47,204 nucleotides of DNA from Candidatus Woesearchaeota archaeon (GCA_964544395.1 CAZJAO010000004.1:1-47204), one strand, 5' to 3'. Numbered from the stretch's first letter, positions 27,977 to 36,346 are shown. Notes: a model not told the origin generated them from the letters alone. Translations and numbers: made by a program.

Positions 27977-28077
27977 TGGATTTTGAAACTTTGATAAAAT
28001 ATTTAATCTGGGTGGTATTTTTTGTTATTGTATTCGCAGGATTATATTTTATGTTTAGAAAATTTGGGTTAATCTAA
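27976..28077 (+). CDS. 33-aa single-TM peptide (not in ORF track)
   Basis: MDFETLIKYLIWVVFFVIVFAGLYFMFRKFGLI*; start and stop both overlap neighbours (TGATG, TAATG). Confidence 0.65.
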   Translation: MDFETLIKYLIWVVFFVIVFAGLYFMFRKFGLI

Positions 28078-28835
28078 TGAACAAAAAAGGAGAGATGACT
28101 ACCGAGCAAATTGTAATGATAATAGTTTTAATTGTAAGTTTTATTGTAATCTTATATTTTCTTCTCAGGTTGAATCTTGGCGGAACGACTAATGATGAAA
28201 TCTGCCACAATTCGGTTGTGCTTAAATCAAAAAGTGCAGGACTTGTTGGGGGATTAACCTGCAAAACTGATTATATTTGCATTTCAGGCGGAGGAACCTG
28301 TGCAAATCTTAATCCCACAACCACTGTAAATGTTGATGCTACAAACAAAGATGAAATAATGAAAGCCATAGCAGACCAAATGTCTAATTGCTGGTTCACA
28401 TTTGGTGAAGGAAATGCAAATTATCTTGGATTGGCAGAAAAATCTGTGCTTACAAAAACTACCTGCGCTTTATGTTCAACGATTGAATTTGATGACAAAA
28501 TCTTAAGCAAAAATTATGGCATAACTTATAGTGATTTTTATAATTATTTAATGAACACACACAAGGATAGCAGTCAAACGTACCTGAATTATCTTTTCGG
28601 TGTTAGTGATGTAAGTTCACTTGAAGCAAAAAATGGGGTCACAAATAAAGTAGTAAGCAGTACTCTTAATAATAATCTTATAACAAATACACAATATGGA
28701 ATTTTAACTGGATTTATTCAAGGATTTGCCGGAGGCTTACTTGGAAATACCTATCAAATTTATCCTACTTATTTACCGATTAATCAGGTGTCTTCACAGT
28801 TGCAATGTGCTGATTTTGTTACGACAGCATCTTAA
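28077..28835 (+). CDS. Pilin-like protein with class III signal, 8 Cys
   Basis: MNKKG|EMTTEQIVMIIVLIVSFIVILYFL. Confidence 0.82.
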   Translation: MNKKGEMTTEQIVMIIVLIVSFIVILYFLLRLNLGGTTNDEICHNSVVLKSKSAGLVGGLTCKTDYICISGGGTCANLNPTTTVNVDATNKDEIMKAIADQMSNCWFTFGEGNANYLGLAEKSVLTKTTCALCSTIEFDDKILSKNYGITYSDFYNYLMNTHKDSSQTYLNYLFGVSDVSSLEAKNGVTNKVVSSTLNNNLITNTQYGILTGFIQGFAGGLLGNTYQIYPTYLPINQVSSQLQCADFVTTAS

Positions 28836-28866
28836 CATTTATTAATCTCTATAATATTCTTTTTTC

Positions 28867-29274
28867 ATGATGAATAAGAGGGGCATCACATTACTTCTAG
28901 AAAATATTATTTTCATAATTCTCAATCTCATTTTTATTGCAATTCTAATCTTTTTTTTAATTTCGAAATCCGGAAGTGCAGGAGTTCTTGAAGAAAAGTA
29001 TGCAAAAGAAATCGCTCTCGTTCTTGATTCTGCCAAACCGGGGATGATGATTAACCTAAATATGGCAGATGCAATATCCACTGCTGAACAAAACCTCGGA
29101 AAAAATAATGTGAATGACAGCATTGTAACTATTTCCCAAAATGTTGTAACTGTAAAGCTAAGCGAACAGGGGGGGTATTCCTATTCTTTCTTTAATGACA
29201 TAAAGATTTCAAATCATTATCTCGATAAAACCGGCAATCAATATCTGTTCTTTATAGGTGATTACAATGGTTAG
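28867..29274 (+). CDS. Pilin-like protein with class III signal
   Basis: MMNKRG|ITLLLENIIFIILNLIFIAILIFFL. Confidence 0.8.
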   Translation: MMNKRGITLLLENIIFIILNLIFIAILIFFLISKSGSAGVLEEKYAKEIALVLDSAKPGMMINLNMADAISTAEQNLGKNNVNDSIVTISQNVVTVKLSEQGGYSYSFFNDIKISNHYLDKTGNQYLFFIGDYNG

Positions 29275-30460
29275 AACCAATCCCTTATCCAAAAAGAAAG
29301 GTGCAGACCAAATACTTACTGTTTATTGGTTTGTAATAATCTTCATCGTGGCTGGTGCGGTGGTTTATATGGCGTATCTATTTTATGGTTCTCCTTTTGA
29401 TGCGCGAAATATTGAAGGCAGTCTTTTGGGCAATCAAATTGCAAATTGCTTGACAAATAAAGGATATATTATTGACCAAGCTTTCTTACCTGACTTTCAA
29501 AATAATTTTCTTCAGGATTGCCATTTGAATTTCAGTACGGAAGATTTTTCGGACTGGAAAACTAATACCCAATATTATGCTCAAGTGGTGGTTTACAAAT
29601 TTAATTCTAATGCACAGCAGCAATCTTATGGTGAGTCGGATAGTTCTATTTCGAGCAATATTGGCAATCAAGTGTTAACTGTGTCTGCGGGAAACATAAA
29701 TTTGAAGACTGCCTGGGAACTTATAACTCCCTCAACTGGATTTTTGGGCCTGAATTTGAATAAAAGAAATGTTAACACTATTGTAATTCATGATACTGAA
29801 GGGCCAACGGCTCTTGGGGCAATCCAAGCAATATCGACTGCAGATTTGAGCATACATTATATTATTGATAGAGATGGAACGATTATTTCTCCAGATAATG
29901 TTAATCAGTTTGCTCCTGCACAATATGCTAATGCACTTGTTCCAGAAAGTACTATTGCACAAGATGCTGGATGTTACGACACACGATCAAAAACTCAATG
30001 GCCTATTTGTTCTGCAACCTGTACTGACTCAAATGGTCTAATTGCGACAAGCTGCCAAAAGTTGAGCAATCCGCCTCCGAATGAATTTTGCTGTTTGGAA
30101 TTTAATGTAAAATCCATCGGAATAGAACTAGTTAATTTAGGGAATGAGCCTTACCCTGATACGCAAATAAAATCTCTTATAAATCTGGTTTCAGACATTT
30201 CCTCAAGGTATAATATTCCTTTAGACCGGGCACACATCGTCGGACATTATCAGACTTCAAGTTACAAGGTTGACCCGGGAACACAATTTCCTTGGGACAC
30301 TTTCATACAAGAATTAACATCAAGGGGGGCGGTAGCTATCGCTTCTTCAACTGCAAATACGGAGCAGCAGCAAAGAAACATTTATGCCCTTGATAAGAGT
30401 GGAAATCAATATGTTATCCAAATTTTAACTCTCGTAGGCAAAACTGAAAAAAATGTTTAA
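29267..30460 (+). CDS. Pilin-like protein (class III signal) with an inserted N-acetylmuramoyl-L-alanine amidase (Amidase_2/AmpD-like) domain
   Basis: SKKKG|ADQILTVYWFVIIFIVAG signal; amidase motifs TIVIHDT, SIHYIIDRDG, NVKSIGIE, YPDTQIKSL..L, IVGH, KVDPG.QFPW; ATG at 29267. Confidence 0.85.
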   Translation: MVRTNPLSKKKGADQILTVYWFVIIFIVAGAVVYMAYLFYGSPFDARNIEGSLLGNQIANCLTNKGYIIDQAFLPDFQNNFLQDCHLNFSTEDFSDWKTNTQYYAQVVVYKFNSNAQQQSYGESDSSISSNIGNQVLTVSAGNINLKTAWELITPSTGFLGLNLNKRNVNTIVIHDTEGPTALGAIQAISTADLSIHYIIDRDGTIISPDNVNQFAPAQYANALVPESTIAQDAGCYDTRSKTQWPICSATCTDSNGLIATSCQKLSNPPPNEFCCLEFNVKSIGIELVNLGNEPYPDTQIKSLINLVSDISSRYNIPLDRAHIVGHYQTSSYKVDPGTQFPWDTFIQELTSRGAVAIASSTANTEQQQRNIYALDKSGNQYVIQILTLVGKTEKNV

Positions 30461-30914
30461 TCAAAACAAAAGAGCACAAATAGCAGAGACAACAACATGG
30501 ATAGTTGCGACTTTGATAATTTTCGTTATACTCATAGTCACGCTCTTTATAGCTTCCCTTATGGGACATACAAAAAATCTTCCTCAACCGTTGGGGGCAG
30601 ATATATTTGCAGATAAATCTCTGACCGCATATTTATTGACAAAAGGCACCAATGGGATCCCGATTTATACCACAATTAGTGCCGAAGGGCAATTGAATAG
30701 TTTCAATGGAAATCTTGCCAAGCAGATATTTCTTAATTTCTATAGCGGATTTTATCGTGATAGACTATATTTGGGGGTTCTTGGACAGGATAACGATTAT
30801 TTTAACTCCGGAGCAATTTCTCATAAAGTATTTGAGCCAGGATTTGTTTTCTATTCGATTAATGTAGGCAATAATAAATTTGTTCAATTTACAGCATTAC
30901 CATGGCCACAATAA
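30453..30914 (+). CDS. Pilin-like protein with class III signal
   Basis: MFNQNKRA|QIAETTTWIVATLIIFVILIV. Confidence 0.8.
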   Translation: MFNQNKRAQIAETTTWIVATLIIFVILIVTLFIASLMGHTKNLPQPLGADIFADKSLTAYLLTKGTNGIPIYTTISAEGQLNSFNGNLAKQIFLNFYSGFYRDRLYLGVLGQDNDYFNSGAISHKVFEPGFVFYSINVGNNKFVQFTALPWPQ

Positions 30915-31255
30915 ACAAAAGAGGAGATGTTTCAATAACAATATTAGTAATTGGAGTTTTTGCTATCTGCACAATTGCAATTGTAACTTTTCTTCTATAT
31001 AATCAAACAATTCAGACAGGTTTTGTTAATGTTGGTGTTTTTGAAAATTTGTCAGCACAAGTAGAAAATTATTATTTCTATATTAATTCGGGATTATCTC
31101 CGCAACAAGCTGCAAATGATATTGGTGCACAATTGCAAGGCAATCAATTAATTTTTAATACCGAACAAAAAGGAGATCCTGGTGTTTTTGGATTTATAAG
31201 CAGCAATTCTAATACGATTGTCTCGGTGAAATACATATACGATCTAAGTAAATAA
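30902..31255 (+). CDS. Pilin-like protein with class III signal
   Basis: MATINKRG|DVSITILVIGVFAICTIAIVTF. Confidence 0.78.
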   Translation: MATINKRGDVSITILVIGVFAICTIAIVTFLLYNQTIQTGFVNVGVFENLSAQVENYYFYINSGLSPQQAANDIGAQLQGNQLIFNTEQKGDPGVFGFISSNSNTIVSVKYIYDLSK

Positions 31256-31289
31256 AAAGTTTTATAAACAAATTAAACTTAATCAAAGA

Positions 31290-31742
31290 ATGAATAAGAG
31301 AGGTCAAGAATTAAGCACCAGCACGATAATTCTCATTATTTTAGGTGTAATAATTCTTGTAGTTCTTGTTATCGGTTTCACAATAGGCTGGAACAAAATT
31401 ATTCCTTATGTTTCTCAAAGCAATATAAATACTGTTTCGACACAATGCCTTTCTGCATGTTCTACAGCAAGTGTTTACGATTTTTGCTCGAGAACATTTG
31501 ACTTAAATTCTGGTACTACTACAATCAGAAACTCAACATGCAATTATCTCGCTCAAAAGCAGACTCAATATGGAATAACTCCATGCACCGCGATTCCATG
31601 TAGCAATATTCTCTTCTTTGATAATACCAACAAGCAGTATAAAACAATTGCTGATTTGAGCAACAGCCAGTGCGCAGCCAATTCTGGAAAGACACTTCAG
31701 GTTTTGATTGGAGATACTGTACAGAGCATTACCTGCCCATAA
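31290..31742 (+). CDS. Pilin-like protein with class III signal, 8 Cys
   Basis: MNKRG|QELSTSTIILIILGVIILVVLVIGF. Confidence 0.82.
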   Translation: MNKRGQELSTSTIILIILGVIILVVLVIGFTIGWNKIIPYVSQSNINTVSTQCLSACSTASVYDFCSRTFDLNSGTTTIRNSTCNYLAQKQTQYGITPCTAIPCSNILFFDNTNKQYKTIADLSNSQCAANSGKTLQVLIGDTVQSITCP

Positions 31743-31755
31743 ACATAATTCTAAA

Positions 31756-31866
31756 ATGTCAGATTATACTTTTCCTGAAAAAAGAAATAAGAGTAAGAAT
31801 AAAAAGAGAGAGAAGAAAAAACATCCCTATAAGGCAGGTGGAAATCGAAGAATCATCAGCAAGTAA
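31756..31866 (+). CDS. 36-aa very basic peptide (not in ORF track)
   Basis: MSDYTFPEKRNKSKNKKREKKKHPYKAGGNRRIISK*; fills the gap between the last pilin and the peptidase. Confidence 0.5.
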   Translation: MSDYTFPEKRNKSKNKKREKKKHPYKAGGNRRIISK

Positions 31867-31893
31867 TTTAAACAAATAACTGCTGATTCTTTT

Positions 31894-32739
31894 ATGATTG
31901 AGGTGATTTTCCTTTTAGCACTTGCATTTATCTGGATTTTATTTGCAGCAATATCTGATGTAAGAACAACTGAAATTCCCAACTGGCTAAATTTTTCTTT
32001 GATAATCTTTGCTTTGGGTTTTAGATTTTTCTATTCTTTATTTTCTGCAGGAAATTTCAGTTTTTTTTATCAAGGGCTGATTGGGACAGCAATTTTCTTT
32101 GCTCTTGGAACTGGATTATACTACGGCCGGGCATTTGCAGGTGGAGATGCAAAACTCATGATTGCTCTTGGTCCAATACTGTCTTTTTCAACCAATTTTT
32201 TAACGAATCTTGAAATTGCAATCTCTTTCTTATTTTTATTTTTAGTTTCAGGTTCTGCTTATAGCATTTTGGCAAGCACTTATTTTGCATTCAAGAATCA
32301 TAAAAATTTCAAGAAGGAGTTTAAAAATGCTTACAGGACGAATTTGAAATTTACTATCATTATAATGGCTCTGGGAATATTGATAATGGTTGGGGGAATT
32401 ATTTTTAATGGATTGCTATTATATTTGGGAATCATAATTTTCATTCTTCCTTTACTATATCTTTATACAAAATCGGTTGATGAAACGATGAGAAAGAGAA
32501 TAAGCCCTAAAGATTTAATGGAAGGGGATTGGCTATATCGCGATGTGAAGGTGGGAAATAAATCTATAAAAGCAAATTGGGGCGGTCTGACTCAAGAAGA
32601 CATCAATCTTCTTAAAAAGAAAAACGAATATGTTTTGATAAAAAAAGGAATAGCTTTCGGACCGGTTTTTCTTATTGGCTTTCTCCTACTGATTTATTTT
32701 TATTTGATTAATACCGGTTTATGGAATTCTCTTTGGTAA
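31894..32739 (+). CDS. Prepilin/class III signal peptidase (A24, PibD/FlaK-like)
   Basis: Two catalytic Asp motifs ISDVRTTEIPN and FAGGDAKL; C-terminal DLMEGDW...IAFGPVF domain. Confidence 0.9.
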   Translation: MIEVIFLLALAFIWILFAAISDVRTTEIPNWLNFSLIIFALGFRFFYSLFSAGNFSFFYQGLIGTAIFFALGTGLYYGRAFAGGDAKLMIALGPILSFSTNFLTNLEIAISFLFLFLVSGSAYSILASTYFAFKNHKNFKKEFKNAYRTNLKFTIIIMALGILIMVGGIIFNGLLLYLGIIIFILPLLYLYTKSVDETMRKRISPKDLMEGDWLYRDVKVGNKSIKANWGGLTQEDINLLKKKNEYVLIKKGIAFGPVFLIGFLLLIYFYLINTGLWNSLW

Positions 32740-33330
32740 CCAAGATACTTTTTCCTTTAAGACTTTTGGTTTTGAAACTCTTTCCTTCCTGATTTTTTCT
32801 TTCTTTATTTCTTTCGGCTCTTTGAGAATTTTTGTTACTTCTTCAAGTTCTTCCTTTGATGCTCTGTATTTTTTTGAGTTAATGCTTTCATCTTTGTAAA
32901 CCGGAATCAGATTTATTATTCCATGCCCTCCAAAGTCAACTGAAGCAATCTCCACATCTTTCGGTTTTAATCTTTCCTTTATTTTTTCCGCAACCGATTT
33001 TGCAAACGAAGGAATATTCTCTGGAAATTCTTCAAATGGAAGATGTTTTTTTGAAAGAATAAGAGCGTGCCCTCTTGATACTGGATTTATCTCCAAAATT
33101 GCCATTGCAGAATCACTTTCATCTATTTTGTAGCTTTGCACTTTATCTGCTGCAATTGAACAAAAAAGGCATTCATTAGGGGGATTGGATTTTTCCAAGA
33201 ATTGTTCCAATTGTTCATCGCCCATAGACATTATTTGCCTTTTCAGAATATCGGCCTTGTCTTTTGGAAAATTTGTTTCTATGTTACTGAGAAGTTGCTT
33301 CTTTATCTTTTCTGCTTCATGTGAATCCAT
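32719..33330 (-). CDS. HIT-fold protein with degenerate histidine triad
   Basis: CLFC, AILEINPVSRGHALIL, but HGIINLIP in place of HxHxHxxP; ATG at 33330. Confidence 0.75.
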   Translation of the reverse strand: MDSHEAEKIKKQLLSNIETNFPKDKADILKRQIMSMGDEQLEQFLEKSNPPNECLFCSIAADKVQSYKIDESDSAMAILEINPVSRGHALILSKKHLPFEEFPENIPSFAKSVAEKIKERLKPKDVEIASVDFGGHGIINLIPVYKDESINSKKYRASKEELEEVTKILKEPKEIKKEKIRKERVSKPKVLKEKVSWLPKRIP

Positions 33331-33376
33331 CTTAATAGAATGAGAACTTATTTTATAATTATTTAGATTTATGTGA

Positions 33377-33649
33377 TTATCCAATTGCTCTTCTTATGTC
33401 TGTTACTTCTGCAGATTTAACCTCTGCAATTTGTCCCATTTTTGCCTCTATTTCATCCAAATCTTTTTCTTCGGGCCACTCAAATGATGCGATTACCGCT
33501 TTCAAGCCAAATGCAATTGGCTCTTCTGCAAAATGAGGGTTTATTCCCTTATCTTTATCAATGAGCATCTTCGCCTTATTTTCTATTTCCTTTAGATTTG
33601 ATGAAGGAGATTCCGGCATTATCTTCATTCTTACTGAAACTGTTCCCAT
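33377..33649 (-). CDS. ef1b: Translation elongation factor EF-1 beta
   Basis: KIMPESP...EEPIAFGLKAV. Confidence 0.93.
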   Translation of the reverse strand: MGTVSVRMKIMPESPSSNLKEIENKAKMLIDKDKGINPHFAEEPIAFGLKAVIASFEWPEEKDLDEIEAKMGQIAEVKSAEVTDIRRAIG

Positions 33650-33670
33650 ACTCTTTTGGAGAACATGGTT

Positions 33671-33678
33671 TTTATAAA
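33671..33678 (-). promoter_or_regulatory. TATA box for ef1b (probable leaderless transcript)
   Basis: TTTATAAA preceded by purine-rich GAAAAGG, about 22 nt upstream of the ATG. Confidence 0.55.
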
Positions 33679-33772
33679 CCTTTTCAAACCGAGGGGCACC
33701 ATGTTTCCCTTTACGCTAACCCCTCCTTTAAGTATCACAATACTTAAAAAATAAAATTTTCTTTTGTATCCT

Positions 33773-34726
33773 ATGATAGGAAATTACGAGAACATAGTTG
33801 AAAGAATATCCCGTTCTTCGGGTGTTGCAAAAGAGGAGATAGAAAGGAGAGTTGAAGCCAAGAGAGCAAAATTATCCGGATTGATTAGCAAGGAAGGAGC
33901 AGCACAAGTTATCGCTGCTGAACTAGGGATTTCTTTTGATAATGAAAAGCTCAAAATTGGAGAACTTCTTCCTGGAATGAGGAAAGTAAATGTTATAGGA
34001 AAAGTCATCAATAGATTTCCCGTCAGGACTTTTGTGAGAAATGGAAAAGAAAGTAAAGTTGCAAATATTGTCATTGCTGATGAGACTTCAAATATCAAAG
34101 TAGTTTTTTGGGATGTGAATCATATTGCATTAATTGAGAGAGATGAAATTGTCGAAGGAAGAGTAATAGAAATCGGGAATGGAAGCATGAGAGATAATGA
34201 AGTTCATCTTGGAAGTTTCTCAGACGTCAAAATCATAAATGACGAAATGAAAGGAGTAATTGTTGAAGGAAAGATTTCCAAAGAAAAGAAAATTATTGAA
34301 GTAAAAAATTCTGACAGCGCAAAACTAAGAGCCTTTATTGTTCAGTCCTTCGGACCTAGAACTTTTGATATTTGTCCCGAATGCCGAAAGAAGGTTATTC
34401 AAGAAGCAGATGGCTTTTTATGCGAACAGCATGGAAGAGTTGTTCCCCAAAGAAGGGCTCTGATTAATCTTGTTTTGGATGATGGAACAGAAACGATAAG
34501 GGCAGTTGTATTCTCAAACAATTTTCCCATGCTTGGAATTTTAGACTGGGAAAAAAGCGATGAAGAAAAAATCTTTTTGCAGAGGCAAGAATTGCTTGGA
34601 AAGGAAATGCTTTTCTTCGGGGATATAAGAACCAATAAATTTTTTAATAATCTTGAATTGAATATTGATAAAATAGAGGAGATAGACTTAGACAATCTTA
34701 TTCAAGATTTAGAAAAGAAGAACTAA
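33773..34726 (+). CDS. rpa: Replication protein A-like ssDNA-binding protein (two OB folds plus Zn finger)
   Basis: VNVIGKV...IADETSNIKVVFW OB; CPEC...CEQHG; LDDGTETIRAVVF; ATG at 33773. Confidence 0.85.
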   Translation: MIGNYENIVERISRSSGVAKEEIERRVEAKRAKLSGLISKEGAAQVIAAELGISFDNEKLKIGELLPGMRKVNVIGKVINRFPVRTFVRNGKESKVANIVIADETSNIKVVFWDVNHIALIERDEIVEGRVIEIGNGSMRDNEVHLGSFSDVKIINDEMKGVIVEGKISKEKKIIEVKNSDSAKLRAFIVQSFGPRTFDICPECRKKVIQEADGFLCEQHGRVVPQRRALINLVLDDGTETIRAVVFSNNFPMLGILDWEKSDEEKIFLQRQELLGKEMLFFGDIRTNKFFNNLELNIDKIEEIDLDNLIQDLEKKN

Positions 34727-34730
34727 TGAA

Positions 34731-35189
34731 ATGCTCATAAGAACACATTTAGTCATAACTGCTCTTTTTGTATTAATCTTCCTCTCTTCTGTGCAAAATA
34801 AAATAGTTTTTGTTATTGTAACTTTGATTGCTGCAGTTTTGCCAGATATAGATTCTGATTCTTCAATTATTGGAAAGAGAAAGATTTTCAGGCCCATTCA
34901 ATTTCTTTTCGGGCATAGGGGATTCTTGCATAGTTTTACTTTCCTTCTCTTATTTACTTTCTTTTTTGTCCTGTTTATTCCGGTGATTGCATTTCCTCTT
35001 TTCTTAGGATACAGCCTGCATTTATTTGCAGACAGCTTTACTATTCAAGGAATCAGGCCCTTCTATCCTCTGAGGAAGACTTATGCGGGGAAATTCAAAA
35101 CAGGCGGAAAAATTGACCTCATGCTTTTCATTTCAGTTTTAATTATTGATTTGTTTGTTCTTTCCACGAAAGTTTTGAATATATTCTAA
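34731..35189 (+). CDS. Membrane-bound metal-dependent hydrolase (YdjM/DUF457-like)
   Basis: RTH, LPDID, HRGFLHS, HLFADSFT..G. Confidence 0.85.
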   Translation: MLIRTHLVITALFVLIFLSSVQNKIVFVIVTLIAAVLPDIDSDSSIIGKRKIFRPIQFLFGHRGFLHSFTFLLLFTFFFVLFIPVIAFPLFLGYSLHLFADSFTIQGIRPFYPLRKTYAGKFKTGGKIDLMLFISVLIIDLFVLSTKVLNIF

Positions 35190-35213
35190 GATATATCTGC
35201 TAACCAAATAATC

Positions 35214-35221
35214 TTTATAAA
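35214..35221 (+). promoter_or_regulatory. TATA box for radA (probable leaderless transcript)
   Basis: TTTATAAA 21 nt upstream of the ATG at 35243. Confidence 0.55.
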
Positions 35222-35242
35222 GCGCTTATAGTTTTAGACTTC

Positions 35243-36274
35243 ATGGATGAAGAAGAAGTGGTGGAGAGACTTGCTGAAGATATTGAAGAAAATGGAGAAA
35301 AGAAAAAAAAGAAGAATGATGATAAGGAACCTCAATTAACTGATTTGCCTGGAATCGGTCCTGCTGTTGCAGCAAAGCTTGAATCTGCCGGGGTTTATGA
35401 TATGATGTCTCTTGCTGTAATGAATCCTACTGAATTGGGAGATCTGTCTGGAATAAGTCCCGCTGTTGCGAGAAAAGCGATTCAAGCTGCAAGAAAAATG
35501 CTCAATCTTGGTTTCATGAGCGGAACTGAATATGCAGAAAAGAGAAGTTCTGTGAATTATATTACAACTGGAAGCAAGAATCTTAATGATCTTCTAGGTG
35601 GAAGAGGGATAGAGAGCAGGTCCATTACAGAAGCATTCGGGGCATTTGGAAGCGGTAAGACTCAACTTGGATTGACTCTTGCAGTAAATGTGCAATTGCC
35701 TCCGGAAAAGGGCGGCGTGAATGGCAAGTGCGTTTTTATTGATACTGAGGGAACTTTTAGGCCTGCAAGAATAAAACAGATTGCAGAAGGCATTGGAGCG
35801 AATCCAGATAGTGTCCTGAAAAATATTTTAGTTGCAAGAGCTTTCAACTCTGATCATCAGATTCTTCTCCTTGATAGAATTACTGAAATGATAAAAGAAG
35901 GCGAGCCGATTAAATTAATGATTATTGATTCTCTGACTGCACATTTTAGAGCTGAATATTCCGGAAGAGGACAGCTTGCGGACAGGCAGCAAAAATTAAA
36001 CAGATATATTCACAATTTGATGAAACTTGCAGAACAACATAATCTTGCAGTTTATGTAACGAATCAGGTTATGTCAAATCCCGCACAGATGTTTGGAGAC
36101 CCAACTGTTGCAATCGGCGGAAATATTGTTGGACATGCTTCAACTTATAGAATGTATCTTAGAAGAGGAAAGCAAGGTTCAAGAGTTGCAAAGTTAATTG
36201 ATTCTCCTAATTTGCCGGATAATGAAACTGTGTACTATGTTACAGAAGCAGGCGTAAGGGACGAGGAAAAATAA
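35243..36274 (+). CDS. radA: DNA repair and recombination protein RadA
   Basis: N-terminal HhH LPGIGPAVA, Walker A GAFGSGKTQ, IDTEGTFRP, Walker B IIDSL, GRGQLADRQQ, GGNIVGH; no intein. Confidence 0.97.
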   Translation: MDEEEVVERLAEDIEENGEKKKKKNDDKEPQLTDLPGIGPAVAAKLESAGVYDMMSLAVMNPTELGDLSGISPAVARKAIQAARKMLNLGFMSGTEYAEKRSSVNYITTGSKNLNDLLGGRGIESRSITEAFGAFGSGKTQLGLTLAVNVQLPPEKGGVNGKCVFIDTEGTFRPARIKQIAEGIGANPDSVLKNILVARAFNSDHQILLLDRITEMIKEGEPIKLMIIDSLTAHFRAEYSGRGQLADRQQKLNRYIHNLMKLAEQHNLAVYVTNQVMSNPAQMFGDPTVAIGGNIVGHASTYRMYLRRGKQGSRVAKLIDSPNLPDNETVYYVTEAGVRDEEK

Positions 36275-36346
36275 TACCCTTACGAGGACTCGAACCCCGA
36301 TTACAACCTCCGCAAGGTCGCGTTCTATCCATTGAACTATAAGGGC
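36275..36346 (-). tRNA. tRNA-Arg(GCG)
   Basis: GCCCTTA/TAAGGGT acceptor, GTTC/GAAC D-stem, CGACC-TTGCGGA-GGTTG anticodon arm, TTCGAGT T-loop; CCA not encoded. Confidence 0.92.

Noticed and set aside
21961-32739. Archaellum (flagellar) operon
   Set aside because: No ArlH (RecA/KaiC-like), ArlF/G or archaellin-like sequences; the ATPase and pilins look T4P/Tad-like
33662-33725. Inverted repeats (AACATGGT/ACCATGTT; GAGGGG/CCCCTC) upstream of ef1b as an ncRNA
   Set aside because: Short stems overlapping the ef1b and rpa promoters; no recognisable tRNA, SRP or RNase P structure
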